Source: Vampirovibrionales bacterium (GTDB taxonomy: Bacteria > Cyanobacteriota > Vampirovibrionia > Vampirovibrionales > JAJTHC01). From it: a stretch of 64,000 nucleotides of DNA. Under the pieces are notes generated by a model. It saw nothing but the letters and a program-made list of their open reading frames with translations. It was not told the origin of the DNA and searched no databases. The stretch lies in NCBI GenBank assembly GCA_035285025.1, contig JAYKHY010000003.1, forward strand, positions 35,533-99,532. Direction: 5' to 3'. Below are positions 30,710-39,920 of this stretch, one piece after another (within the stretch, counting starts at the first letter, position 1; every line of letters starts with the position of its first letter). The translations under genes were made by a program, and so were the position numbers.

Positions 30710-31162
30710 GTGCATAAAAATGGCAAACCCCCTGCCCGGTTCCCGCTAGGGTCTGTTTTAAAACTGCGAAGCCACATTGTGGAGCGCAAACAAATGGTGC
30801 TGGCGCAGCGCCTGCAAGCCCTGAATGATACCCGCCAAAAAATAGACATGCTGGACACGGCCATTACCCACGCCTACGCAGAACCTGTACTGCCAGCAAT
30901 GGCCATGTGGCACCACCGCGCACTAAGTGCCTACACGCAACGGATACGCAGTGTACAAGCCCAGTTAAGACAACAAGCTGTACAACAACAACACCAGGCC
31001 GATGAAGCCCAACGAGACCTTACCTTAGCCCTACAAGGGCAAAAAGCGATTGAAAAGCTAAAAGACAAATGGCAAACCGCACGGACGCAGTTTGAATGGG
31101 GCCAGGAAGAGGCAATGCTTGCGGATATTACTAACCACAAGCAGCGCATTAGCCCCTATTAG
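30710..31162 (+). CDS. fliJ: Flagellar export protein FliJ-like
   Basis: F-L..VL.LR start, coiled coil, K.IEKLK.K…EE..L.D tail. GAGGGA RBS. Directly upstream of fliK-flgD-flgE. Confidence 0.8.
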   Translation: MHKNGKPPARFPLGSVLKLRSHIVERKQMVLAQRLQALNDTRQKIDMLDTAITHAYAEPVLPAMAMWHHRALSAYTQRIRSVQAQLRQQAVQQQHQADEAQRDLTLALQGQKAIEKLKDKWQTARTQFEWGQEEAMLADITNHKQRISPY

Positions 31163-31238
31163 TGCTTTTGAACGATTTTGCCCTAATTTGCTAATTTTTA
31201 ATCTGCTTTATTTGGTTTTTCAGGAGCGTTAACCCTGC

Positions 31239-33545
31239 ATGCAAGCAAGCCCCTTGCCAGTGCAACCGACTGCGGTAGATATTTTAAAGCCTGACCCGAT
31301 CCAAGCCAACAAAGAGGCTTTTGCTAACCTTCAGAAGCAGTTTTCCGGGTTATTAAGCAGCTTACAGCAGGCCTTATCAGCGCTTAAGCCCTCATCAACA
31401 ACCGCGCAGGAAGTCCACGCAGCCATGGCGAATGGTTTAACATCTGCAGAAACATGCCCCGACGTCGCCACTGAGACGACTCAGGACGCTGGCGGGCCGC
31501 TTGGCGAGGCCACGCACGGGCTCTCGCGGGGGGAATGGCTACAGGCTGCGCTGGCTGACTTTAAAGCAGCTAAAGACGCTGACACAAGTGAGACGCCCGT
31601 TTACGAACTGCCTGAAAGCAACACCAGCATGCAGGCCGCGCTGGCCGAAGTTATGCAACTATTACAGGGTTCTGCGCCTCAATCAATGCCAGACACGCCC
31701 GTAGAAAATTTTCTTGAGGCGAATTTACTTGAGGCAAATCCTGCAAATACCCTGAACCCCGAGCAGCCTGGTGCAAAAATGGAGCCCCCTGCAGGGCAGC
31801 TTACTGCAACAGGGCGCGAATCCATTGCCAGCACTTTAATGCAAGGCCAAGGCGCGCTGGGACTAAATAACACTAATGGCAAACGCTACGGGCAACGTCC
31901 GGATCTACCCGCGCAGCCAGACGCCACGCAAACAGCGCAAGCGGTAAACGGCATAAAAACCGCGAACCCCAACGCGAGCGAGGCGGCCGTAAACGCGCTG
32001 CAAAATGCCCCCGGAAAAGCGACTTTAGCCCAAAACCCAGGGGAAACACCGCAGACGACGTTTGCCGACAAATTTGAACTCCCCGAGCAAGCCAACGCAG
32101 CATCGCGCGCCATGGCGCAAATGCAAACCCTAAACGAGCGCATGCTGAACCGTGATGCGCTGCAGGCGGCAACACTAACGACTCAGGCACCTGCTGAGAA
32201 TGCTTTGACAGGTAAAGGCAGTGCTTTGGAGGCTGGACGCCTGGCCGAGACGCTCTCGAAAACGTTTCCGCCGTTAACGCCCGCAGAAACAGCTGCTGAA
32301 GAGGCTGCGCAAGCGCTAAAAACAGGACGCAGCACAATATTGGGCCAAAGTAACCCTTTGGCGCAAGCACTTGCTAAAACCGGCGTGCGTTTACCCTATG
32401 GCGCGGCGCAAACCTCTCTAGCCGAAACCAATGCCGGTAAGTTGGCGCGCGGTAAAAGCGCAAGCGCAGAGGCTCAGGTAGTACCGCTCAATCAAGCACC
32501 GCTTACCCAAGCCGAATTAAGACTTGACGCCTTAAAAGATTTAAATATTCAGGAAGTTACAGACACTCAGCTTAACCCGCAACTTGAGGCAACTGGCCTG
32601 CCCAGCGTGAGCCAGCAGGTGGGCGAAGGGTTTGCGCAAGCCCTGGAACAATTTAATCTGGCGCAATTTAATTTAGAACAATCCAGTCAAGCGCAAAACA
32701 CGCAGGCGCCCCCAGGCAATACCCTCAACGCCAATAACTCCCCGCAAGGCGGCGCAGAAACCGTTGACGGCGCAGATGCAACCCAAGCTGTAAGCGGACC
32801 CGAGCGCGCGAACGGCCAGCCCGCAGGCGCGGCAGGACGCGAAGTAAGGATTGTGTTAAACCCCGAATCCTTAGGAACGGTGCGCATCCGCATGCATCAG
32901 TTAGGGCAAAGCGGTAAAATTGCCGGCCGTGTTGTTATCGATAACACCGCGGCTGCCAGCCAGATTCGTCAGCAACTTGGTTCTTTATCTGACTCGCTGG
33001 CGCAAAAAGGTATCACGCTGGAGCGCTTACAAATTGTGACCCCTGGCAACGGCGAGACAATTCAGCTAAGTGGCGAGCAACTCTTAAGCCTTCGGGATTC
33101 ACAATCTCGAGGCCCTGAAGGCCAGGAGCGCAGCTCGGTTTCGGATCTGTTTGGGCAAAAACTAACTAATGAAGCTTTAAACAGCGCAGCAAGGATTAGT
33201 GCCAGCGAAAACTCAAACAATTCGGCCGATCAACAACGCTTCGAGCGCAACGCGCAATCTGAGGCTAACGACAACAACCCGTTTATGGCAGGCGGCAACG
33301 ACGCCCGTCAGCAGCAAAATTCCGGGCAAACCATGGCTCAAACCTTCGAGATGCTCCAGCAAAATGCGTACCAACACCCCAATGGCCACCGCAATACGGA
33401 TGCTATGGGCGTGAATAAGCCCAATTATGCATCGCCAACAGATGAAGGTGAATTGCTCACGGAGTCTGCGCAAGAAGGCGCGCTGGATAAAGCCTCTGAA
33501 GCAGCCCAAAACGGACGAAACCCCCGCGTCAATATTGTGGTTTAA
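31239..33545 (+). CDS. fliK: Flagellar hook-length control protein FliK
   Basis: Long Ala/Gln/Pro-rich disordered region, then VRIVLNPESLGTVRI…L..SL.QKGI.L (Flg_hook domain). Immediately upstream of flgD. Confidence 0.88.
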   Translation: MQASPLPVQPTAVDILKPDPIQANKEAFANLQKQFSGLLSSLQQALSALKPSSTTAQEVHAAMANGLTSAETCPDVATETTQDAGGPLGEATHGLSRGEWLQAALADFKAAKDADTSETPVYELPESNTSMQAALAEVMQLLQGSAPQSMPDTPVENFLEANLLEANPANTLNPEQPGAKMEPPAGQLTATGRESIASTLMQGQGALGLNNTNGKRYGQRPDLPAQPDATQTAQAVNGIKTANPNASEAAVNALQNAPGKATLAQNPGETPQTTFADKFELPEQANAASRAMAQMQTLNERMLNRDALQAATLTTQAPAENALTGKGSALEAGRLAETLSKTFPPLTPAETAAEEAAQALKTGRSTILGQSNPLAQALAKTGVRLPYGAAQTSLAETNAGKLARGKSASAEAQVVPLNQAPLTQAELRLDALKDLNIQEVTDTQLNPQLEATGLPSVSQQVGEGFAQALEQFNLAQFNLEQSSQAQNTQAPPGNTLNANNSPQGGAETVDGADATQAVSGPERANGQPAGAAGREVRIVLNPESLGTVRIRMHQLGQSGKIAGRVVIDNTAAASQIRQQLGSLSDSLAQKGITLERLQIVTPGNGETIQLSGEQLLSLRDSQSRGPEGQERSSVSDLFGQKLTNEALNSAARISASENSNNSADQQRFERNAQSEANDNNPFMAGGNDARQQQNSGQTMAQTFEMLQQNAYQHPNGHRNTDAMGVNKPNYASPTDEGELLTESAQEGALDKASEAAQNGRNPRVNIVV

Positions 33546-33661
33546 CCCGCACAAAAACCCAGAATAATTAAACACTAAACGCCCAAAATAGCCTCAGGCC
33601 AGCTTACTTAAACAGCCTGAACCGTCTTAAACCAAACCCCAACAATAAGGAGTCGAGCGCG

Positions 33662-34102
33662 ATGTCTACCATTAACACCGATAGCATACTGACCCAGCTG
33701 CAAACCGAAAGTTCTAAGGCGAACTACCTGAAAGGCCAGAAAAACCTGGGCTCGGACGCCATTGGCAAAGACGGCTTTTTACAGCTCTTGATGACGCAAC
33801 TGCGCAATCAGGACCCGCTAAACCCTACCGATAACAAGGAGTTTATTGCGCAACAGGCCCAGTTTACGCAAATCGAGAAACTGGACAACTTAACCAGCGC
33901 CATTGGCCGCAGCAACTTTTTACTGGAAGCCAGCGGTCTGGTGGGCAAACAGGTGCAATACAAAACCGGCAACGGCGCGCAAACCGCAAGCGGCGTTGTA
34001 GATAGCGTATTGCTGGGTGCCAACGGAACGGCACTTAATATTGGCGGCCAAACCATTTTAAGTAGCGATGTGATTCAGGTGTTTAAAAATAACGCAAATT
34101 AA
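33662..34102 (+). CDS. flgD: Flagellar hook capping protein
   Basis: Motifs GKDGFLQLLMTQLRNQDPLNP…FIAQ.AQF and AS.LVGK.V. Confidence 0.96.
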   Translation: MSTINTDSILTQLQTESSKANYLKGQKNLGSDAIGKDGFLQLLMTQLRNQDPLNPTDNKEFIAQQAQFTQIEKLDNLTSAIGRSNFLLEASGLVGKQVQYKTGNGAQTASGVVDSVLLGANGTALNIGGQTILSSDVIQVFKNNAN

Positions 34103-34194
34103 CGCAGACAAGCCCCAAAAAAGTTTTAGCGTTTAAAAAATAGATTTAAAAAATTTGCGATCTGCACGAGCGAGAGAAAGAGGACACACCCCCT

Positions 34195-35370
34195 ATGACC
34201 CGTGGATTTTTTACCGCGATGTCTGGCATTCGTGCCAACCAAACCCGTTTAGACGTTATCTCGAGCAATTTGGCCAACATTAACACGATTGCCTTTAAGG
34301 GCGCTCGCGCTAACTTTTCGAATGTATTCTCAGATGTTATCTCATCGGGTACGGCACCCAATGGAACCCTGGGGGGGACCAACCCGATTCAGATTGGCTC
34401 GGGTGCCAGCGTGAGCGATATTCAGACCAACTTTAGCCAGGGTGGTACGCAGTTTACCGGCCAAAGCACCGACCTGATGATTAACGGCGAAGGCTTTTTT
34501 GCCATTGAGCGCCCATCGGAGACGGCCAACAGCCAGTTTTACCTGACACGCGCTGGCAACTTTACGCTGGATTCGGCGGGTGGCCTGGTAACCTCGGCGG
34601 GTTATAAAGTACGGGGTACCTCGCAAACATCGGGCAGCGGCCCAACCACGCTTTCGAGCATTCAGATTCCGCAGCAGCTTATGATTGCGAAAGATTTGGA
34701 CGCCTCGAACACGGTGATTGGGTCTCACTTTGCCATTGTGGGCACCGCTACCACCGACTTTACGGCTGCGCTCACCACGGGCGCCACATCGCAAACCATT
34801 GAGACGGTAAACCTGACCAACTTCTCGATTGGGAACGACGGCGCGATTACGGCAACCTATTCTAACGGAGACCGTATTAGCGTCAGAACCGATGCCGGCA
34901 CCATTACCACGGGCGACCCTACGACCACTCGTCGAGAAATTGTCCACCTGACCTCGGAAGGGTATATTTTGGGGGCCGATAACGACGGGGATGGTAACTC
35001 ATCGCAAGCGACGGATGCCGGTATTGTTGATCAGATTGGCGGGGCCGAAGTATTTTCGGCACCTTCGGGCGGTACGGCGATGGAGGGCATGCAGTTACAA
35101 CTGCAAACGCTGACCGTAACCAACCCGGCCGGTTTGGTTTACGGCGGTAATAGTCTGTTTACCATTGGGGCCAACAGCGGTAGCAGCTTCTTTGGTGTGC
35201 CAGGCTCCGACAGCCGAGGCGTCGTGCAGGCTGGCGCGCTGGAATCCTCGAACGTAGATTTGGCGAACGAATTTACCAACCTGATCATTACCCAAAGGGG
35301 TCTGGAAGCCAATACACGGGTTATCCAGACGCAAAGCCAGGTGCTACAATCCATTATTCAGATTCTCTAG
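34195..35370 (+). CDS. flgE: Flagellar hook protein FlgE
   Basis: Motifs SG..ANQ..LDVIS.NLANINT.AFK, DL.INGEGFF, TRAGNF and GALESSNVDLANEFTNLI..QRG. Confidence 0.93.
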   Translation: MTRGFFTAMSGIRANQTRLDVISSNLANINTIAFKGARANFSNVFSDVISSGTAPNGTLGGTNPIQIGSGASVSDIQTNFSQGGTQFTGQSTDLMINGEGFFAIERPSETANSQFYLTRAGNFTLDSAGGLVTSAGYKVRGTSQTSGSGPTTLSSIQIPQQLMIAKDLDASNTVIGSHFAIVGTATTDFTAALTTGATSQTIETVNLTNFSIGNDGAITATYSNGDRISVRTDAGTITTGDPTTTRREIVHLTSEGYILGADNDGDGNSSQATDAGIVDQIGGAEVFSAPSGGTAMEGMQLQLQTLTVTNPAGLVYGGNSLFTIGANSGSSFFGVPGSDSRGVVQAGALESSNVDLANEFTNLIITQRGLEANTRVIQTQSQVLQSIIQIL

Positions 35371-35470
35371 TCCGCCTGTCTAGCGCTTAGGATAAACCCA
35401 AAGGGCTTCAATCATCTTTGTTGGATGATTCGCCAAGCGCCTAGACAACGACGAAACAAAAAACCGTTCG

Positions 35471-35501
35471 AACCGCTTGGGACGTTAAGCCCTAAGCGGT
35501 T
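35471..35501. terminator. Probable bidirectional terminator between flgE and the convergent small gene
   Basis: AACCGCTTGGG…CCTAAGCGGTT hairpin flanked by A and T runs. Confidence 0.5.
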
Positions 35502-35575
35502 TTGGACGTTTTACAGGCATTGTCAGTACGGGGGGGGTAAAAGGCGGAATAAACACCTAGAAAACCCAATTGAGC

Positions 35576-35851
35576 TTAGGCAAATATCCAGCCATTCTGG
35601 ATACGCTTGCGCTGCTTGGCAAAATGCTGCTGAGTCATGTCGATCACGCTATTAAAATGGAGCTCGCTGGCTTTTTGCCCGTGCTCTTGCACGATTTTTT
35701 GCTGCGTGAGTTTTTTTTCTTGCGCGCTAATTTGCACCAGCTCTGCAGGCGAGGTTTTATGGGTCACCCGATTGGCCAACGCCATTAAGCCTTCGTTATT
35801 TGACCCCGCGGCAATGTTTTTTACCCCAAGTAACGGGCCTTGAATCATCAT
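35576..35851 (-). CDS. Small hypothetical helical protein
   Basis: 91-aa ORF with a strong GAGAGGAG RBS. Gln/Lys-rich helical composition. Confidence 0.7.
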   Translation of the reverse strand: MMIQGPLLGVKNIAAGSNNEGLMALANRVTHKTSPAELVQISAQEKKLTQQKIVQEHGQKASELHFNSVIDMTQQHFAKQRKRIQNGWIFA

Positions 35852-36337
35852 AGATATCTGCTCCTCTCAGGTTCACGGTTCGGCAAAGCGCGTGTCGAAA
35901 CGCAAAAATACAGTTTTAGTTTTAAAACGGGCTCGGGATGCAGCTCTGTATTGTCTTTTTACCTTTAAAAATAAAAACAACTAAACAGCGTTAATGACCC
36001 AAAGTCAGCGGCTAACGCCTTAATCTTTTATTAAATCGATTTATACCGCGTGCGCATGCGCCACAAAGCCCGCAATAAAACCTTGCCTCAGGGCGTTTTG
36101 ATTTGATAAGTTGGTTGCCGGCGCATTAGAGCGTGATAACGCCCCTGAGTTTGTCCGCAGCCATCTGCGCAATTTCGAGATTACGCCCTGCAGCAGACGA
36201 GCACACTAGCAAGGCCTTAAAACACTAGAAATTGCCGAAAAATGCGCTATAATACACATACAAACAATGTCTGTTTAGTATTTCGATGCACCTTGATTTA
36301 GGAGCTGCGTATCGCCAAGACACTGGCACCCAAGGTT

Positions 36338-37111
36338 TTGACTGACACCCGCTCTGCTTTAGACGCAGCCGCCTCTGAAGCACCTACGTTTAGTGACGTC
36401 AACGCCCTGGCAGAATTCTTGGTTTTAGACACAGACCCGCAAGACGCACGCTTGACTGAGGCCGAGGCGGAAGCCTTTTTGCGCCTGTTTTTAACGCTGG
36501 ATCAAGCGCTTCGGGAGACGATCTCGCAGAAGCGCTATTTGCATAGTTTTGGCGTGGCCGAGGCGGCCATCACCCTAGCAAGGCATTACGGCTGGCCCGC
36601 ACCCAAACTTAGGCAAGTTGCAATCGCCGCATTAATGCACGATTTTGCCCGAGAAACTGACTTTGAAACCTTGCTGCAAGAAGCCGCCCGACTAAACGTA
36701 CCACTAAGCGCGCTGGATTATAAGATTCCGTTGGTGTTGCACGCGCGCGTGGGCCCCGCATGGCTAAAAAGCCGCTTTGACATAACCGACCCCGAAATTC
36801 TGGCGGCGGTAGCAGCGCATACAACCTGCGGCCATGGCATGGCGCCCGATATTGCCCCAACCAGCTTATTAATCTACGTAGCCGATAAAATTGAGCACCG
36901 TACGCGCGATACAGCGTGGCACGCCCCCGCTTGGCGCATTGCCTGCGCGGGCGAACCAGACGCCTTAGCCCGGGCGGCGTTATGGTGCCTGGATGAGTCG
37001 GTCAAGCACCTGATTCGTCGCGGCGTCCTGATTCATCCAGAATCGGTGATGGCCCGCAATAAACTGCTTTTACTGTTACGCACCCCTAACACAGGAGACC
37101 CGAACCGCTGA
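36338..37111 (+). CDS. yqeK: YqeK-family HD-domain Ap4A hydrolase (start uncertain)
   Basis: Motifs KRYLHS.GV, AALMHDFARE, LHA.VG, HTT.G and IYVADKIE. Adjacent to rsfS. Confidence 0.88.
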   Translation: MTDTRSALDAAASEAPTFSDVNALAEFLVLDTDPQDARLTEAEAEAFLRLFLTLDQALRETISQKRYLHSFGVAEAAITLARHYGWPAPKLRQVAIAALMHDFARETDFETLLQEAARLNVPLSALDYKIPLVLHARVGPAWLKSRFDITDPEILAAVAAHTTCGHGMAPDIAPTSLLIYVADKIEHRTRDTAWHAPAWRIACAGEPDALARAALWCLDESVKHLIRRGVLIHPESVMARNKLLLLLRTPNTGDPNR

Positions 37112-37566
37112 TGCCGAAACGCCCTGCTCGCAATTTTCGCCGCAATCAATCTTCGTTACAGCCGTTTGCCATTGCCGCCTGGGCCGCATGCGCAGCGCAG
37201 CAGAAGCTGGCTCGAGATATTCAGATTTTGGCGTTTGATAGCGCAGGCGGGAGCGCCGTGCCGGCCTCGTACTTTGTGCTGTGCAGCGTGGATTCTTCGG
37301 CGCAACACCGCGCGGTAACCCGGGCCATTAGCGGACTGATGCAACAGTGGCACGGCTTAATGCCCGAAAACAGCGATCAGGATGCCAGCGCGCGCTGGAC
37401 GGTGCTGGATTACGGCTCGGTATTAATCCACGTAATGCGCGGTAGCGACCGCGCCTACTATGATTTGGAAGCCGTTTGGGCCGACAATGCTTCTCGGGTG
37501 CCCGCTGCCTTCTGGGAGACGCTGGAGCCGCCCCAATCGGATGATTCGGTTCGTATTGCATCGTAA
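37111..37566 (+). CDS. rsfS: Ribosome silencing factor (Iojap)
   Basis: Motifs K.ARDI, YFVLCS and WTVLDYG.VLIHV…RAYYDLE.VW. Confidence 0.92.
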   Translation: MPKRPARNFRRNQSSLQPFAIAAWAACAAQQKLARDIQILAFDSAGGSAVPASYFVLCSVDSSAQHRAVTRAISGLMQQWHGLMPENSDQDASARWTVLDYGSVLIHVMRGSDRAYYDLEAVWADNASRVPAAFWETLEPPQSDDSVRIAS

Positions 37567-37648
37567 CCGTGCCGGGTTGCGCTACACTGGGGCTAAGACT
37601 GTTTTACAGCAAACCGATACCCTTGGCTTGCTAAAGCCCGAGTGAGAC

Positions 37649-38299
37649 ATGCTCAAGCTTAAAATTTACACCCTGGGTGCGTTCCAGGTGCATACCTACC
37701 TGGTTTGGAACCCCCAAACCCGCAGCGCAATTTTAATTGATTCTGGCGAAGCACCTGATGCTGCGCTGGAGACGCTGACACAGGAGAACCTGACGCTGAA
37801 GGCGCTGGTTTACACGCACGTGCATATTGACCATGTGCAGGGTCAGTCCGTAATTTTGGACAAATACCCGGATTGCCCCGTTTACATGCACCCAGAGGCA
37901 TCGTTCTGGTTAGAAAAACTGCCCCAGCAAGCGGCGGCTTACCGGCTTAAGCTAACCGGGCCGGTAATACAAGGGCAAGCGCTCAACCACGGCGATGAGC
38001 TGACGTTTGATGGGATTCGGCTGCAAGCGCGCTATTGCCCGGGGCATTCGCCCTGCAGCCTGACGCTTTACCTACCCGACGCCACGCCGGAGGCCGGTTG
38101 GGCGTTTGTGGGCGATGTGATTTTTGCAGGCGCAGTCGGGCGAACGGATTTTCCGCGAGGTGACTGGCTAACGCTAAAGCACAGCATAGAAACCCAGGTT
38201 TATACCTTGCCGCCGCAAACGCGGCTGTTTTGCGGCCATGGCCAACCGACGACCGTGGGGCACGAGAGGGCGACCAATCCTTACGTCAGGCTAGATTAA
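37649..38299 (+). CDS. MBL-fold metallo-hydrolase (YcbL/GloC-like)
   Basis: Motifs THVHIDHV, PGHS, GDVIFAGAVGRTDFP and GHG.PTTVG.ER.TNPY. Confidence 0.93.
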   Translation: MLKLKIYTLGAFQVHTYLVWNPQTRSAILIDSGEAPDAALETLTQENLTLKALVYTHVHIDHVQGQSVILDKYPDCPVYMHPEASFWLEKLPQQAAAYRLKLTGPVIQGQALNHGDELTFDGIRLQARYCPGHSPCSLTLYLPDATPEAGWAFVGDVIFAGAVGRTDFPRGDWLTLKHSIETQVYTLPPQTRLFCGHGQPTTVGHERATNPYVRLD

Positions 38300-38315
38300 G
38301 CCTTAAGGTTAAAAC

Positions 38316-38642
38316 TCAGTCGACATTTTCGACAGGCCAGATGGCCTCGACGTTCTCGAGGTTGACCTGTAAAAACGGCAGCCTGTGCCGCTCCAGTGCC
38401 TGGCACGTGCCACGATCTTGCACCAGCACTTGCGTCATGGCTAAAAAGTCTTTATTGCTCTGCAGCAGCGCCGTCAGGCGGCGTTCTTGCTTACCCACTT
38501 TTGCCAGATGAATATTGCCCACCAATCGCAGCGAAGGCGTTAAGATACACACGCGCAATGGCTCCGAGGGCGGATTACCAGACGCATCTAGCGACAGGTT
38601 ACGCATGGGCGGCGTATTGCGAGGATTTGAGGAACGGCTCAT
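38316..38642 (-). CDS. Small beta-rich hypothetical protein (DUF6812-like)
   Basis: Pattern I.T…L.G.IHL…RL..LL…DFLAMT.V…FL.VN…V recalls DUF6812. Confidence 0.65.
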   Translation of the reverse strand: MSRSSNPRNTPPMRNLSLDASGNPPSEPLRVCILTPSLRLVGNIHLAKVGKQERRLTALLQSNKDFLAMTQVLVQDRGTCQALERHRLPFLQVNLENVEAIWPVENVD

Positions 38643-38841
38643 AGGTTAAATAAGGCTTGCGGTTATAAGCGCAACATTTAACTTTGGCGCGCAAAATCTG
38701 CGACAAAAGTCATCTTGATGATTATAACAAGGCTCATCGCGCCTGGCATCCACTGGCTGGCTGATGGACGAGCGGATTTAACCAACCAAATCGATTCGCG
38801 TTATTTTGCCCTGAGGCTTATAAATTAACGCAGGTTTACGC

Positions 38842-39735
38842 TTAGCCCTCTTGCTTCAGCAAATCAAGCAGCTCGGATTTAAGGCGCACGCGGGATTCCT
38901 CGTGGCTGACGACTTTTTTAAGCATGGATTCTTTCTGATAGCGCTCAACGTATAGTTCATCGAGCATAAACTGGGCCAGCAGAATGAGTTTTCGGGCCTC
39001 GAGATCGGTGGACTCTTTAATCAGGCCGGCTTCGCCTTCCATGTTGCAGCCAATGGTCAGGCTGGTACTGCTAGCGGCAAGTTCTCGAGATGCTGCTACG
39101 CCCGCACCGGGTAAGGTTGGCGTTTGCTGGCCGGTGGGCAAGGTCATCATGTTCTGGATAACTTTATAAATAATGGGGTCGACTTTATCGCGAATTGCAA
39201 TGAGTTCTTGCCGCAGCGTTAACTTTTGAATATTAAAAACGCTGCGAACAATACGCTGAATACATTGGCGCGACAGGGCCGCAGAGGCACGCGGGCTAGC
39301 ATTAAGCGTGCCGACAGCCTCTTGATAAAGTTGTCTGATTTCGGCAGGAATAAAAATGGGATACGCTTTACCCGTGCCTTCGGGCAGCAAATTCCACTGC
39401 TTAATGACGCAATGAACGGGCTCGGTGGCTTGGCCCGCGATGCGAACCTTGTTTTTTTTCTGACCAAAAAGGGTAACTGATAACGAAAACCGAATACATT
39501 CTGGGTTGGTGCACTGCACAACGGTCATTTCGATGTGCGAAGGGCGCGTGCCGCTTTGCTCGATGGGAGAAACCGCGTGTTCAGAAAGCTCTATATCACG
39601 AGACAACGAAACTTCGGGCAAGTATAACCGGTGTTTACAGTAAGGACACTCTTGGCTGACCTCAGGAGCTTGAGGTTCTTGGGTCGCACCAGGCTGAATT
39701 TTAATCGCCTGCATATTACGAAAATTGACAGACAT
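38842..39735 (-). CDS. DUF4145 (HEPN-superfamily) domain protein with N-terminal Cys motifs
   Basis: CPYC…CTNPEC, then IP.EIR..Y.EA…SPRASAALSR.C.Q and EA..LI…L..LYV.R. Confidence 0.75.
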   Translation of the reverse strand: MSVNFRNMQAIKIQPGATQEPQAPEVSQECPYCKHRLYLPEVSLSRDIELSEHAVSPIEQSGTRPSHIEMTVVQCTNPECIRFSLSVTLFGQKKNKVRIAGQATEPVHCVIKQWNLLPEGTGKAYPIFIPAEIRQLYQEAVGTLNASPRASAALSRQCIQRIVRSVFNIQKLTLRQELIAIRDKVDPIIYKVIQNMMTLPTGQQTPTLPGAGVAASRELAASSTSLTIGCNMEGEAGLIKESTDLEARKLILLAQFMLDELYVERYQKESMLKKVVSHEESRVRLKSELLDLLKQEG

Positions 39736-39920
39736 AGCGATGCCTTTGGCGTTTATGATTTGGGAAGGTTGAGTAACGCTGAACTAAACGGCATATGAGC
39801 AATAAATGATACAGTCATAGTAAATCAACTTTAGATTGGGATACTTTGATGTTCAAAATACAGTCAGGACAAGCGTTTTCCTAGCCTAAAGTATATGATT
39901 TACTTTTTTAAATAATATAG

